A stretch of DNA of 64,000 nucleotides from Patescibacteria group bacterium (GTDB lineage Bacteria; Patescibacteriota; Minisyncoccia; Phycocordibacterales; CAIZLB01): assembly GCA_040384445.1 (NCBI GenBank), contig JAZKJG010000002.1, forward strand, positions 160,823 through 224,822, written 5' to 3'. Position numbers and translations under genes: made by a program. The notes below the pieces were generated by a model. That model saw only the letters and a list, made by a program, of their open reading frames with translations. It did no database searches and was not told the origin of the DNA. Below, in pieces: positions 38,796 through 48,688 of this stretch. Each line of letters begins with the position of its first letter. Position 1 is the first letter of the stretch.

Positions 38796-39278
38796 TCAGG
38801 TTCCGATCTCTCTGGTTTCCATGATCAGATCGTATAACTTGTCGAAGAAAATTCCAAATAAAAAATCTGCAGGTTCAATTCTCTCATTGATTGCTGGATG
38901 AATGAAAGATTGCTTTGCATCACCCTGAGAAGGTGCGATGTAGAATACAGTTATATTGTCTCCTAAACACTGATCGATATGTTGTACGAATGTAAACTCA
39001 TGAGCCGACCGATCGTCAATATGCCTAACCGTGAGTGTAATACTTTTTTTATTGGGTAATCCTTGAAGTCCTTCAGGATTGCTCTGTTTTGCAATAGCCT
39101 GAAATTCTCCCGCCAATTCTGAACTCATAAGAGCATTGATCAAGTCTTTGATCGGCAAAGAAATCGAAGCGGTAATTCTATATCCGTGAATAGTTTTCAT
39201 TTTCAATATCAGGTTGAGTTGACCACCTAAAACGTAAGGTGCTGCAATACAGGCTATCACAGCTCTTCTGTATGTCAA
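38796..39278 (-). CDS. hypothetical protein (160 aa), GC-elevated
   Basis: ORF with its own strong terminator. GC is visibly higher than the flanking genes. No motif recognised. Confidence 0.4.
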   Translation of the reverse strand: MTYRRAVIACIAAPYVLGGQLNLILKMKTIHGYRITASISLPIKDLINALMSSELAGEFQAIAKQSNPEGLQGLPNKKSITLTVRHIDDRSAHEFTFVQHIDQCLGDNITVFYIAPSQGDAKQSFIHPAINERIEPADFLFGIFFDKLYDLIMETREIGT

Positions 39279-39310
39279 CTCACATTGATTGTGATAATAT
39301 TAGTGATATG

Positions 39311-40726
39311 AATAATGAAATACCTCAAGCTCCTCGTATCGTCAATTTTACAGACGAGACATTGAATCAAACATCTACACCAATAGTCACTCATCAGAAA
39401 ACCTCGACATACTCGTCAGGTTTTCTTTTTGCGTTCACTGCATTTGCTGCTGCATTAGTTGCATATATCTTCTATGGACCATTAATATACTTATTGATAA
39501 CAGAAACCCGGCTGTATTTTTTGCAGAACATTGATTTGACTCCATATATTGGCCTGATAGCAATTGTGGTTTCAGTATTTGGAGTAATTGTGCTTATCAA
39601 AAATATCGGGAAAGGATATGGGTACGTAAGAAATTTATTACCTCTAACTTTTTTAATTCATACAGCATTAATTTTTGTTCCACTTATCCCTGCTCTAAAT
39701 GATCCTGCAAATTATCTGATGGCCGAAAAGTATATTCTTTATGGTGTTATAGGATCAGCAATAATGACTCTTTTGGCTTTAATCTTTTCAATTATTATTT
39801 TGTATAGAAACTCGAAGGTTTTAGGTATTGTTTTAATGCTCGGATTAATTGGAGTTACCGGTTGGGCAGTTCTTAATAATGCTCAATTTAAAACTGATTT
39901 AGAGGTTAAAGCAGGCATGGGTTCAGAATTAGATTCACATTCAAACTCAGGTCCTCAAAGAATTCAAACAATGAATGGAATTCTTACTTTTACTCTCGGT
40001 GATAATGTTGATTATGAGAATTGGGGACATGCAACTTCAGAGGCTGCGTTGATATTTACTGAAAACAATAAAGGAAGTGGAACTTTATTTGGTGGTTGTG
40101 GTGCAGGATCTTCATTTATAGAAGTGATTGAAGATTTGGACAAGACTATTTATCATACAAATGATCGGTTAAATGTAAGAAAGGAAACATATGGAAATAA
40201 TATATATGTTGTTTATGATTGGGCATTTGAACCATCAATCTCTTACTATGAGTTGTATTATAAAAATACTAGAGTACATATTGTGTATCGTCCGAATGAA
40301 CCATGTGCAGTTGGAAAAAACTACAGACCAGATCTAGAACTCTTATTAAAAACATTTAATTATGAAGGATACGAAAAAGGAGAACCTGAGGTGGCTAAAC
40401 CTGCACCAGTAATTGTAAAGACTGCAGTTGTTGCAAAGGAAAAAACACCTCCAAAATCAAATATTACAAAACAAGGAGAAGGTAAGTTTGAAAGTACTAT
40501 ATATTCTGATTTATCTTTTACACCTCAAATAGATAAAACATATGTGTCTGATGCACAGGTAAATTATTGGTATGATTTAATGTGGGTAAAAGGAGTATCA
40601 GTAAGTAATTATGAGTGTGAAGATAAATCAGCATCTATGATAAAAAGTACCGATGCGAATACTAGAGCTACAGGAATTGCGCAGGTAAATGCATGCCTGT
40701 ATGTGATGCTGTACATGATGCCGTAG
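39311..40726 (+). CDS. membrane protein (N-terminal multi-TM domain + ~270-aa Cys-containing C-terminal domain)
   Basis: ORF 39239-40726. The start MNNEIPQ at 39311 avoids overlap with the minus-strand gene. About 6-7 TM helices then a soluble domain. Confidence 0.45.
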   Translation, partial: NNEIPQAPRIVNFTDETLNQTSTPIVTHQKTSTYSSGFLFAFTAFAAALVAYIFYGPLIYLLITETRLYFLQNIDLTPYIGLIAIVVSVFGVIVLIKNIGKGYGYVRNLLPLTFLIHTALIFVPLIPALNDPANYLMAEKYILYGVIGSAIMTLLALIFSIIILYRNSKVLGIVLMLGLIGVTGWAVLNNAQFKTDLEVKAGMGSELDSHSNSGPQRIQTMNGILTFTLGDNVDYENWGHATSEAALIFTENNKGSGTLFGGCGAGSSFIEVIEDLDKTIYHTNDRLNVRKETYGNNIYVVYDWAFEPSISYYELYYKNTRVHIVYRPNEPCAVGKNYRPDLELLLKTFNYEGYEKGEPEVAKPAPVIVKTAVVAKEKTPPKSNITKQGEGKFESTIYSDLSFTPQIDKTYVSDAQVNYWYDLMWVKGVSVSNYECEDKSASMIKSTDANTRATGIAQVNACLYVMLYMMP

Positions 40727-40764
40727 CACCTTCAAAACCCCTTAAAATATGGTAGTATACCCTC

Positions 40765-42870
40765 ATGGCGTTACCAGAAAAATACAAATCTCCTTATGAA
40801 TCAACCAAAGTTGAAGGACCTGTCTATGACAAGGAATTAAACTCTGGTTTTTTTACACCTGAAAATTTGGTAAAAGCATTTCCTGAAAGATACAATGCTG
40901 ATGCATGGACAACAATTACACCCCCACCAAATGCAAACGGAAGACTTCATGCAGGTCATGCACTTGATGTAACTCTCAAAGATATCATTGGGCGATTTAA
41001 GCGTATGAATAACAAGAGGGTGTTAATGCTTCCTGGATCTGATCATGCAGGATTTGAAACACAAGTGGTATATGAAAAGAAATTAGAGAAAGAGGGAAGA
41101 AGTAGATTTGGTATGGATAGGGATATTTTGTACAAAGAGATTTATGATTTTACGATTCAAAATAAAGACACTGTAGCCGGAGAGGTAAAACGAATCGGAG
41201 CATCATATGACTGGAGCAGAGATACATTTACACTTGATGAAAAAGTTGTAAGTGGAGTTCAAGATACATTTATAAAAATGTATAACGATGGATTGGTATA
41301 CAGAAGTAAGCGAGATGTAAACTGGTGTTCAAAACATCAAACATCGCTTTCAGATGTGGAGACAACAAACAAAGAATTAGTTGACACATTCTATACATTT
41401 AAGATTGGAGAATTTTTAATTGGAACATCACGACCAGAAACAAAGTTTGGCGACAAATATATTGTGGTTCATCCAACTGATCCACGTTACTCTAAATATT
41501 CTCACGGAGATACATTTACTGCAGAATGGATATTGGGAGAAACAACATTTACAATCATCAAAGATGAAAGTATTGATATGGAATTTGGAACTGGTGCAAT
41601 GACAATTACTCCATGGCACTCAAGTATAGACTTTGATATTGCAAAGAAACATAATCTTGAAATGGTGCAGGTGATTGATGAAAACGGTAAGCTTATGGAA
41701 ATAGCGGGAGAACTCAAAGGACTTCGAGCTATAACAGAAGGACGAAAACGAACTGTTGAATTATTAGAACAAAAAGGATTACTTGTTGAGAAAAATGAAA
41801 AATACACTCACGTAGTTCCAGTGTGTTACAAATGTGAGACTCCAATCGAACCGCAACTTAAAGATCAATGGTTTGTGAAAATGGCACCACTTGCAGAGAA
41901 GGCTCTAGAAGCCTCAAAAAAAGGAGAGATTAATTTCGTTACGGATCAATTTAGAAAAACATATGAGTATTGGATGAGTAATCCTATTGACTGGAATATT
42001 TCTCGGCAAATTGTATGGGGAATTAGAATTCCTGCATGGTTTAAAAACAAGGGAACAGAAAACGAAGAATACTATATCGGTCACGAAAATCCGGGGGCAG
42101 AATGGGTGCAGGATATTGATACATTCGATACATGGTTTTCTTCAGGGCAATGGCCTGTCGCAACACTTGGATTTGTTGGGGGAAAAGATATGGAATATTA
42201 TCCAACTCAACTTATGGAAACGGGACGAGATCTTGTTTTTAAATGGGTTCCTCGAATGGTTATTTTCGGATTGTATTTAACAGGTGAAGTTCCGTTCAAG
42301 GATATTTATCTGCATGGTATGGCACTAGATGAGAAAGGGCAAAAGATGAGTAAGAGTAAAGGAAATGTAATGAGTCCAATTGATCTTGCAGACGAGTTTG
42401 GAATGGATGCACTTCGAATGTCACTTATTGTTGGAAGTACTCCAGGAAATGATGTATCAATGTCTAAAGATAAAATCCGAGCGTATAAAAAATTCGTAAA
42501 CAAACTGTGGAACATTACACGCTTTGTTCTTGAGAATACTGAAGGAGTCAATCTTGACGTCAATCTTGACAACGATAAAGCGAAAAGAATTCAAGAAGTA
42601 AAAGATGCTATTGCTAAGCATATAAATGAATATCAGTTACATCTTGGAGCTGAAGAATTGTACCACTATGTATGGCATGAGTTTGCAGATGTTGTGATTG
42701 AAGATGTGAAGAAAGATTTAACAGATGAAAATAAAGCATTGTTAAAATACATGTTGAAAGAAATTGTGACAATGGCACATCCGTTTATGCCATTTGTAAC
42801 AGAGGAGATTTGGGGTGATATTCGAAGTGAGGGTGATGTTGAGTTGTTGCTTGTAAAAGAATGGAAATAA
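40765..42870 (+). CDS. valS: valyl-tRNA synthetase (shortened, no C-terminal coiled-coil)
   Basis: Class I HIGH region (PPPNANGRLHAGHAL, ValRS-like PPPNxTG context) and KMSKS (QKMSKSKGN). 701 aa. Confidence 0.7.
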   Translation: MALPEKYKSPYESTKVEGPVYDKELNSGFFTPENLVKAFPERYNADAWTTITPPPNANGRLHAGHALDVTLKDIIGRFKRMNNKRVLMLPGSDHAGFETQVVYEKKLEKEGRSRFGMDRDILYKEIYDFTIQNKDTVAGEVKRIGASYDWSRDTFTLDEKVVSGVQDTFIKMYNDGLVYRSKRDVNWCSKHQTSLSDVETTNKELVDTFYTFKIGEFLIGTSRPETKFGDKYIVVHPTDPRYSKYSHGDTFTAEWILGETTFTIIKDESIDMEFGTGAMTITPWHSSIDFDIAKKHNLEMVQVIDENGKLMEIAGELKGLRAITEGRKRTVELLEQKGLLVEKNEKYTHVVPVCYKCETPIEPQLKDQWFVKMAPLAEKALEASKKGEINFVTDQFRKTYEYWMSNPIDWNISRQIVWGIRIPAWFKNKGTENEEYYIGHENPGAEWVQDIDTFDTWFSSGQWPVATLGFVGGKDMEYYPTQLMETGRDLVFKWVPRMVIFGLYLTGEVPFKDIYLHGMALDEKGQKMSKSKGNVMSPIDLADEFGMDALRMSLIVGSTPGNDVSMSKDKIRAYKKFVNKLWNITRFVLENTEGVNLDVNLDNDKAKRIQEVKDAIAKHINEYQLHLGAEELYHYVWHEFADVVIEDVKKDLTDENKALLKYMLKEIVTMAHPFMPFVTEEIWGDIRSEGDVELLLVKEWK

Positions 42871-42872
42871 AG

Positions 42873-42906
42873 AAAACCCCTCAGCCGTAGCTGGGGGTTT
42901 TTTTGA
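42873..42906. terminator. bidirectional terminator CCCCTCAGC-cgta-GCTGGGGG + TTTTTTT
   Basis: Lies between the convergent valS (+) and the 42915 gene (-). Confidence 0.65.
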
Positions 42907-42914
42907 ATCTTTTT

Positions 42915-43502
42915 TCACTGAGCGAGGGTGATTGTTTTGATCACACCGTCTCCTCCTTTGATGGAAGTGAGGTAACTCGCCTCGTACGTAGGGTTCATGA
43001 TTTGCATCGCTGCCTGAAATTCCGTGATGGTATTGTCGAGCATTGAATCATGAATAGGATGGCCGTATACACTATCGGTTTCTTTTCCGGTGGTCATCCT
43101 TTCCATGAAAGCAGAGAGATCGGGCAGTCCTGCGTCGGGAATGGTGGCGAGTACGGCTTGCATTGCGCATAGGGTACGCAATGCAGTCTCAAACTCCTCG
43201 TCCAAAGTGTTTCCTTGAAGGAATGTCTTTGAGTCAAAGAAATCTGGAGGATGCACAGTGAATCTCATGGCGGTAATGTACTCTTCCTTGTACTTTTTTA
43301 CTTCCACAAATTTGGCAGCGTATACATCGAACACTTTTTTCTTCGCTGCAGGATCAGCTTTGAATACTGCTACAGCGGTTTCGTTCTTTGAACTCTTCGT
43401 GGGCTTGTTTAGTTTCCACCAAACAAATGATGCGATCAATGCGACAGCAAGAAACATGCTGGTGAACGTGAGTCGATTAGCTTGGTCAATACTTATTTTC
43501 AT
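42915..43502 (-). CDS. membrane-anchored hypothetical protein (195 aa), GC-elevated
   Basis: N-terminal TM (FTSMFLAVALIASFVWW). The rest is soluble. ~47% GC by eye. Confidence 0.4.
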   Translation of the reverse strand: MKISIDQANRLTFTSMFLAVALIASFVWWKLNKPTKSSKNETAVAVFKADPAAKKKVFDVYAAKFVEVKKYKEEYITAMRFTVHPPDFFDSKTFLQGNTLDEEFETALRTLCAMQAVLATIPDAGLPDLSAFMERMTTGKETDSVYGHPIHDSMLDNTITEFQAAMQIMNPTYEASYLTSIKGGDGVIKTITLAQ

Positions 43503-43594
43503 AAAGGTCAGGTGTTAAGGGTGAAGTAATGCTGTAAAATACCATACCATATATCTCAGAAAAATCAAACACCCGCACATGATATCATCTACAT

Positions 43595-44329
43595 ATGAAG
43601 AAAATCATTGCTTTTGACCTCGACGGAACCCTTGCTGAAAGTAAGCATCCTATATCGCAAGATATGGCAATTCTTATTTCAAAACTAACTGAAAAAGCAA
43701 AAGTGATTGTTATTTCAGGTGGATCATATTCTCAATATGAGAAACAATTTATTCCGCAAATGGGAACTGAACATCTTGAGAATATTATTCTTATGCCTAC
43801 AAACGGAAGTGTACGATATGAATACAAAAATAATGAACCGAGGGTAACAAAATCATTTCCATTTAATGATGAAGTGAAAGAGAAAGTGTTAGCAGAGTTG
43901 AATACGATTATTGGAAATGAAGAATTCGAAGTTCCTACAGAACATTTTGGGGAATATATCGAAGATCGAGGGACACAAATTACATTTTCAGGATATGGAC
44001 AGCTAGCGCCAATTGAAAAGAAAATGATCTGGGATTTATCACGGTCAAAGAGATTGAAAATTAAAGAATATTTAGAATCAAAAATTCCTGAGATTGATGC
44101 ACATGTTGGAGGTATGACGTCAGTTGATATTCTTCCAAAGAATTTTAATAAAGCATCAGGGTTAATGGCTTATCTTGAGGAAAATGATTTAACGACAGAC
44201 GATATTGTATTTATTGGTGACGCGGTATTTCCAGGCGGTAATGATTATTCGCCATCACAAGTTGGAATCGAGACTATTTCCACAAATGGACCAGAGCATA
44301 CGAAAGAGATCATAGAAACGTTGCTTTAG
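43595..44329 (+). CDS. HAD-IIB family hydrolase, eukaryotic-type phosphomannomutase-like
   Basis: DxDGT motif I (IIAFDLDGTLAES), motif II (VISGGS), C-terminal GDAVFPGGNDY. Size ~245 aa as in the PMM family. Confidence 0.55.
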   Translation: MKKIIAFDLDGTLAESKHPISQDMAILISKLTEKAKVIVISGGSYSQYEKQFIPQMGTEHLENIILMPTNGSVRYEYKNNEPRVTKSFPFNDEVKEKVLAELNTIIGNEEFEVPTEHFGEYIEDRGTQITFSGYGQLAPIEKKMIWDLSRSKRLKIKEYLESKIPEIDAHVGGMTSVDILPKNFNKASGLMAYLEENDLTTDDIVFIGDAVFPGGNDYSPSQVGIETISTNGPEHTKEIIETLL

Positions 44330-44356
44330 CCTCTCGAATAAAGGTAAAATAGGTAA

Positions 44357-44719
44357 ATGAATGAAGACATCAGAAAAGACATTTATGAAGAGAAGCGACC
44401 GTGGGGGAGCTTTAGGAAATTTACACAAAACGTCTCAACAACAGTAAAAATTATTGAGATCTTACCAGGAGAAAGTTTAAGTCTACAAACACATCGACAC
44501 AGGGGCGAATTTTGGCGAATCATTGGAGGGAATGGAATAGTGGAAATAAACGGAAAACGAACAGAAGCTGTAAAAGGTGGAGAGTTTTTTATACCTACAC
44601 AAGCAACACATCGAGCGATTGGTGGAAATGAAACTCTTGAAATTCTAGAGATTGCGACTGGAGATTTTGATGAAGCAGATATTGAAAGATTAGAAGATAA
44701 ATACGGTCGTATCGCGTAA
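44357..44719 (+). CDS. cupin-2 domain protein (mannose-6-phosphate isomerase type II cupin-like)
   Basis: 120 aa. HRHRGEFWRIIGGNG...IPTQATHRAIGG, with metal-binding His residues in a cupin arrangement. Confidence 0.5.
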   Translation: MNEDIRKDIYEEKRPWGSFRKFTQNVSTTVKIIEILPGESLSLQTHRHRGEFWRIIGGNGIVEINGKRTEAVKGGEFFIPTQATHRAIGGNETLEILEIATGDFDEADIERLEDKYGRIA

Positions 44720-44720
44720 T

Positions 44721-45788
44721 ATGTTTAAGCTTAAAAGAGTACAGGATAAACCAATATTTCAACCTGATAAAAATCTTTTTTGGGAAAAGGAAGGAGTGTT
44801 TAATGCTGGTGTAATAGAAAAAGATGGTGAAATATATATGTTGTATAGAGCAGTGGGTGAGAAAGGTGCATACATTTCACACATCGGTTTAGCTAAAAGT
44901 AAAAATGGTATAAAATTTGACAGAGTCAGTGATCAGCCTGTATTTGGTCCATCAAAAGAATATGACAAATGGGGAACAGAAGATCCAAGGATTACGAAAA
45001 TTGGTGATGAATATTTTGTGACGTATGTTGCTATTCCAGAGCGAATTATGGACCACGGTCAAAGTATTCAAAGAGAAGTTCCTCTAACGACATCTATGGC
45101 GCTTTTGAAAACAAAAGATTTTTTAACATTTGAACACTTAGGTGTTATTACTCCATTTGGGTCAGACAACAAAGACGTGGTTTTATTTCCAAAAAAAATT
45201 CCACATATTGATGAGCATGGAGTATCAACACTTCGATATGCAATGTTGCACAGACCTAATCGATGGTCAAAAGATTGGTTGCATGGACCATATGCTTCTA
45301 AGGTTCCAATACATCTTCCTTTCCATGAAGAAGATATGCCTCAAAAACCAAGTGTGTGGATTGCATGGTCAGATGATTTAATTACATGGGATTCTCATAA
45401 ACCACTTATGGTTCCTTCAAAAGTACATTCCGCAAAAAATGGTCCTGGACTTCCGCCGATTGAAACTCCAGATGGATGGCTTGTGATTTATCACCATGTA
45501 AATGAAAATCAAACTACAAAAAAGCTGACATATACAGTTCGAGCGGCACTTTTTGATCTAAAAGATCCTACAAAATATATAGGGAAAATTCCATACGATA
45601 TCTTGATTCCTGAAGTTTCTTTTGAAACTGAAAATGGGTCTGCCATAGTATTTCCGACAGGGGGATTTGTGAAGGATGATGTGCTATACATATACTATGG
45701 CTGTAGTGATATGTATGTAGGACTTGCCACAGGCTCATTGAGCGAATTAATTACAGAACTCAAACATGTTGGCCCGCCAATCAATTAA
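44721..45788 (+). CDS. GH130 family glycoside phosphorylase/hydrolase (beta-mannoside phosphorylase-like, DUF377)
   Basis: N-terminal FNAGVIEKDGEIYMLYRAVG, HIGLAKSKNGIKF and WGTEDPRITKIGDEY, typical of the GH130 5-bladed propeller. Confidence 0.7.
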   Translation: MFKLKRVQDKPIFQPDKNLFWEKEGVFNAGVIEKDGEIYMLYRAVGEKGAYISHIGLAKSKNGIKFDRVSDQPVFGPSKEYDKWGTEDPRITKIGDEYFVTYVAIPERIMDHGQSIQREVPLTTSMALLKTKDFLTFEHLGVITPFGSDNKDVVLFPKKIPHIDEHGVSTLRYAMLHRPNRWSKDWLHGPYASKVPIHLPFHEEDMPQKPSVWIAWSDDLITWDSHKPLMVPSKVHSAKNGPGLPPIETPDGWLVIYHHVNENQTTKKLTYTVRAALFDLKDPTKYIGKIPYDILIPEVSFETENGSAIVFPTGGFVKDDVLYIYYGCSDMYVGLATGSLSELITELKHVGPPIN

Positions 45789-45793
45789 CCTTT

Positions 45794-48064
45794 ATGCCTA
45801 CATCTCAAAACAACAGCGCCGCAATGTGGATTGTCTTTCTCTCAACGTTCCCACCTCGAGAGTGTGGTTTGGCGACATTTACTTCTGATCTTGTAAATAG
45901 TTTTGATACACTGTTTTCTCCACAAGAAGAAACCAAAGTTATTGCAATGGAGACAGAGGGTTCAATCGCTACTACTATAGGGACACCTGTTGATGAGGGT
46001 AAGGTTATTTTTAGAATTTCTGAAAATAAAAAAGACGATTATATAAAAGCTGCGGAATATTTGAACTCATTAGATCATGTGAAGATTGTTTCTATACAAC
46101 ACGAGTTTGGAATTTTTGGAGAAAACGACGGAGAGAATGTTTTGATTTTTCTGGAGCATATTCAAAAACCAGTAGTTGTAACATTTCACACGGTACTCCC
46201 TAGACCTGATGAACAGAAGTTGAAAATTATTCAAAAGATTGGTGAGAAGGCGGCGCAACTTGTTGTGATGACACATGCATCCCAGGCTATTCTTGAAAGC
46301 GTGTACGCTATCCCATCGTCAAAAATTAAAATGATTCATCATGGAATTCACGAATTACCTTATTTAGATAGTTCAGTTGCAAAGCGAATACTTGATAAGA
46401 GATCACTCACAAAATTAATTGAGCTTTCTGGTAAAAGAATTATTTCTACATTTGGATTGTTAAATAGAGGAAAGGGAATTGAATATGCAATTGAAGCATT
46501 ACCTGCGATCGTAAAAGAATTTCCAGATGTACGATACTTGATCTTGGGTGCAACCCACCCAGTTGTGTTTAGAAGAGAAGGACCTGTGTATATAAATGAA
46601 TTACGAGCTAAAGCAGAAAAACTCGGAGTACTCGAATATATTTGTTTTTTTGATTCATATATTGCCACAAAAGATTTGCTGACATTTTTGCAGGCAACAG
46701 ATGTGTATGTGTCTCTCTCTCAAAACCCAGATCAAGCGGTCTCAGGAACGCTTACGTATGCTCTCGGAGCAGGGCGAGCTGTTGTGTCCACACCATTCAT
46801 GCAAGCTCGAGAAATAGTTACTCCTGAAGTAGGGCATCTTGTTGATTTTGGAAATGCAGAATCTATTGCACATGCAGTTGTTTCTCTGTTTACTCACCAG
46901 CAAGATTTACAGAATAAAAATAAAGCAGCATATTTCAGAACACGAGGAATGATCTGGCCAAATATTGCGCTTTCGTATATGCAGGGATTTATTTCACTTT
47001 CTCCAGAGTTGGCACTCAAAGAAAAAGCATTGCCACCGCTTAATCTTTCGCATGTTCGAAATATGACAGATGAGTTTGCCATGTTTCAGTTTGCGACATT
47101 TACAACACCAGATCCAGTTTCAGGATATACACTTGACGATAATGCTCGTGCACTTATATGTATGACGTGGGTGAAGAATAAAGAATCTGTGCTGGATTTA
47201 ATACGGGTCTACTTGTCGTTCCTAGAAAAAGCATCACTAGCAGGGGGATTTGAAAATTATTATGATGCAGATAAGATAGAGAATCATATTAGGAATACTC
47301 AAGAAAATCTTGAAGATTCGAACGCGCGAGCGTTGTGGGCGGTTGCAGAAACCTATGCGGGAGAATCTGATGAAGAAATAGAAAAGCGCGCAGAAAAATT
47401 ATTTATGTATCAGCTTGCACACCATACTCGAGTGTCTTCACCGCGTGCTGCTGCTTTTTATGTTAAAGCTTTTTCTGTGTGGCTCGCATCTGGAAAAACA
47501 TCTGAAGATGTAACTCACTTGTTAATTGGACACATTACTTTTTATGCAGATTTCTTAATGTCTATTTTGAAAGATAACGAAACTCCTGATTGGATTTGGT
47601 TTGAAGGTGCAATGACCTATTCGAATGCACTTCTACCAGAAGCACTTTTCTTAGCTCATCAAAGTACAGGATATGAACACTATCTTGATGCTGCAAAAAG
47701 AACGCTTGATTTCTTACTACAAAATTCTTTTGAAGGAAACATGTGTGTACCAATTGGACAAGCAGGTTGGTTTAGAAGGGGGGAGGTAAAAGAAATGTAC
47801 GACCAACAACCTGAAGAGGTATCTGCGCTGGTGTTATGTCTACATACAGCATTGTCTGTTACAAAAAACGAGATATATCAAGTGCGTATGAAGAGTGCAT
47901 TTGAATGGTTCCTCGGAAAAAACATCTTAGGACAAGTGATTTATTCATATGGTAGTGGTGGGTGCTACGATGGACTAGGAAATCAATACATTAATCTTAA
48001 CCAAGGAGCTGAATCTACTGTGTCGTACTTGTTGGCACGCCTTGTCTTAGAAAGAGATAACTAA
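45794..48064 (+). CDS. family-4 glycosyltransferase (GT-B) fused to a ~350-aa C-terminal domain of unknown type (possibly (alpha/alpha)6 glycosidase-like)
   Basis: The GT4 region covers about aa 1-400 (two Rossmann halves, EX7E-like region near ALGAGRAVVSTPF). The remaining ~350 aa are helix-rich (FEGAMTYSNALLPEALFLAHQ). Confidence 0.6.
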   Translation: MPTSQNNSAAMWIVFLSTFPPRECGLATFTSDLVNSFDTLFSPQEETKVIAMETEGSIATTIGTPVDEGKVIFRISENKKDDYIKAAEYLNSLDHVKIVSIQHEFGIFGENDGENVLIFLEHIQKPVVVTFHTVLPRPDEQKLKIIQKIGEKAAQLVVMTHASQAILESVYAIPSSKIKMIHHGIHELPYLDSSVAKRILDKRSLTKLIELSGKRIISTFGLLNRGKGIEYAIEALPAIVKEFPDVRYLILGATHPVVFRREGPVYINELRAKAEKLGVLEYICFFDSYIATKDLLTFLQATDVYVSLSQNPDQAVSGTLTYALGAGRAVVSTPFMQAREIVTPEVGHLVDFGNAESIAHAVVSLFTHQQDLQNKNKAAYFRTRGMIWPNIALSYMQGFISLSPELALKEKALPPLNLSHVRNMTDEFAMFQFATFTTPDPVSGYTLDDNARALICMTWVKNKESVLDLIRVYLSFLEKASLAGGFENYYDADKIENHIRNTQENLEDSNARALWAVAETYAGESDEEIEKRAEKLFMYQLAHHTRVSSPRAAAFYVKAFSVWLASGKTSEDVTHLLIGHITFYADFLMSILKDNETPDWIWFEGAMTYSNALLPEALFLAHQSTGYEHYLDAAKRTLDFLLQNSFEGNMCVPIGQAGWFRRGEVKEMYDQQPEEVSALVLCLHTALSVTKNEIYQVRMKSAFEWFLGKNILGQVIYSYGSGGCYDGLGNQYINLNQGAESTVSYLLARLVLERDN

Positions 48065-48150
48065 TATTTGAAATGGGATTTGTAAGGTTTGACTTAATCT
48101 AAATACAATGGTATATTGTAAAAGGAAATTAATTCAAACTAGTTAATAAA

Positions 48151-48627
48151 ATGCAAAAAAATCAATGTACTTTAGGGGATTCTCAAGAAGATGTCTCGCT
48201 CATGTTGGCTAGACAATATACTGCACAATCCGAAACTCAACCTGTCATGTACGGTGAGGTTAAGGATTGGCAAGAGAATAATGCTCGTAAATTATACGAG
48301 GCTCAAAAAATAGTCAATCAACTCGATTCAAATGCGCTTAATGTATACCGTCTCTTTCGCTCAGTTGGACTTCCTGTTTCTTGGCCTAATTTCTTTCAAC
48401 GCCTTCAGATTCGGAGAGAGCAAAGGAAAGTAATGAAGGTTGCACAGGCTGATATTGCTCTTCGTAAAAAAATTATTACTTTGTTCGAAGAAATTCAGAG
48501 TCTTCGTAAAAGAGACTTGATACAAGAGAGGTTTGAGTTGAGGAATAGTATAATAAAATTTAACTCTCTCATCACTCAACATGGAGATCGACTCGGTTTA
48601 AACTATCGTCGCGAGCAAAACATATGA
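48151..48627 (+). CDS. hypothetical protein (158 aa, helical/basic)
   Basis: ORF only. Confidence 0.35.
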   Translation: MQKNQCTLGDSQEDVSLMLARQYTAQSETQPVMYGEVKDWQENNARKLYEAQKIVNQLDSNALNVYRLFRSVGLPVSWPNFFQRLQIRREQRKVMKVAQADIALRKKIITLFEEIQSLRKRDLIQERFELRNSIIKFNSLITQHGDRLGLNYRREQNI

Positions 48628-48688
48628 TCCAAAACTACACCACAAGGTTCAAGCCCCTGGGTGTTTTTTTAATGATATAATCCAAATT

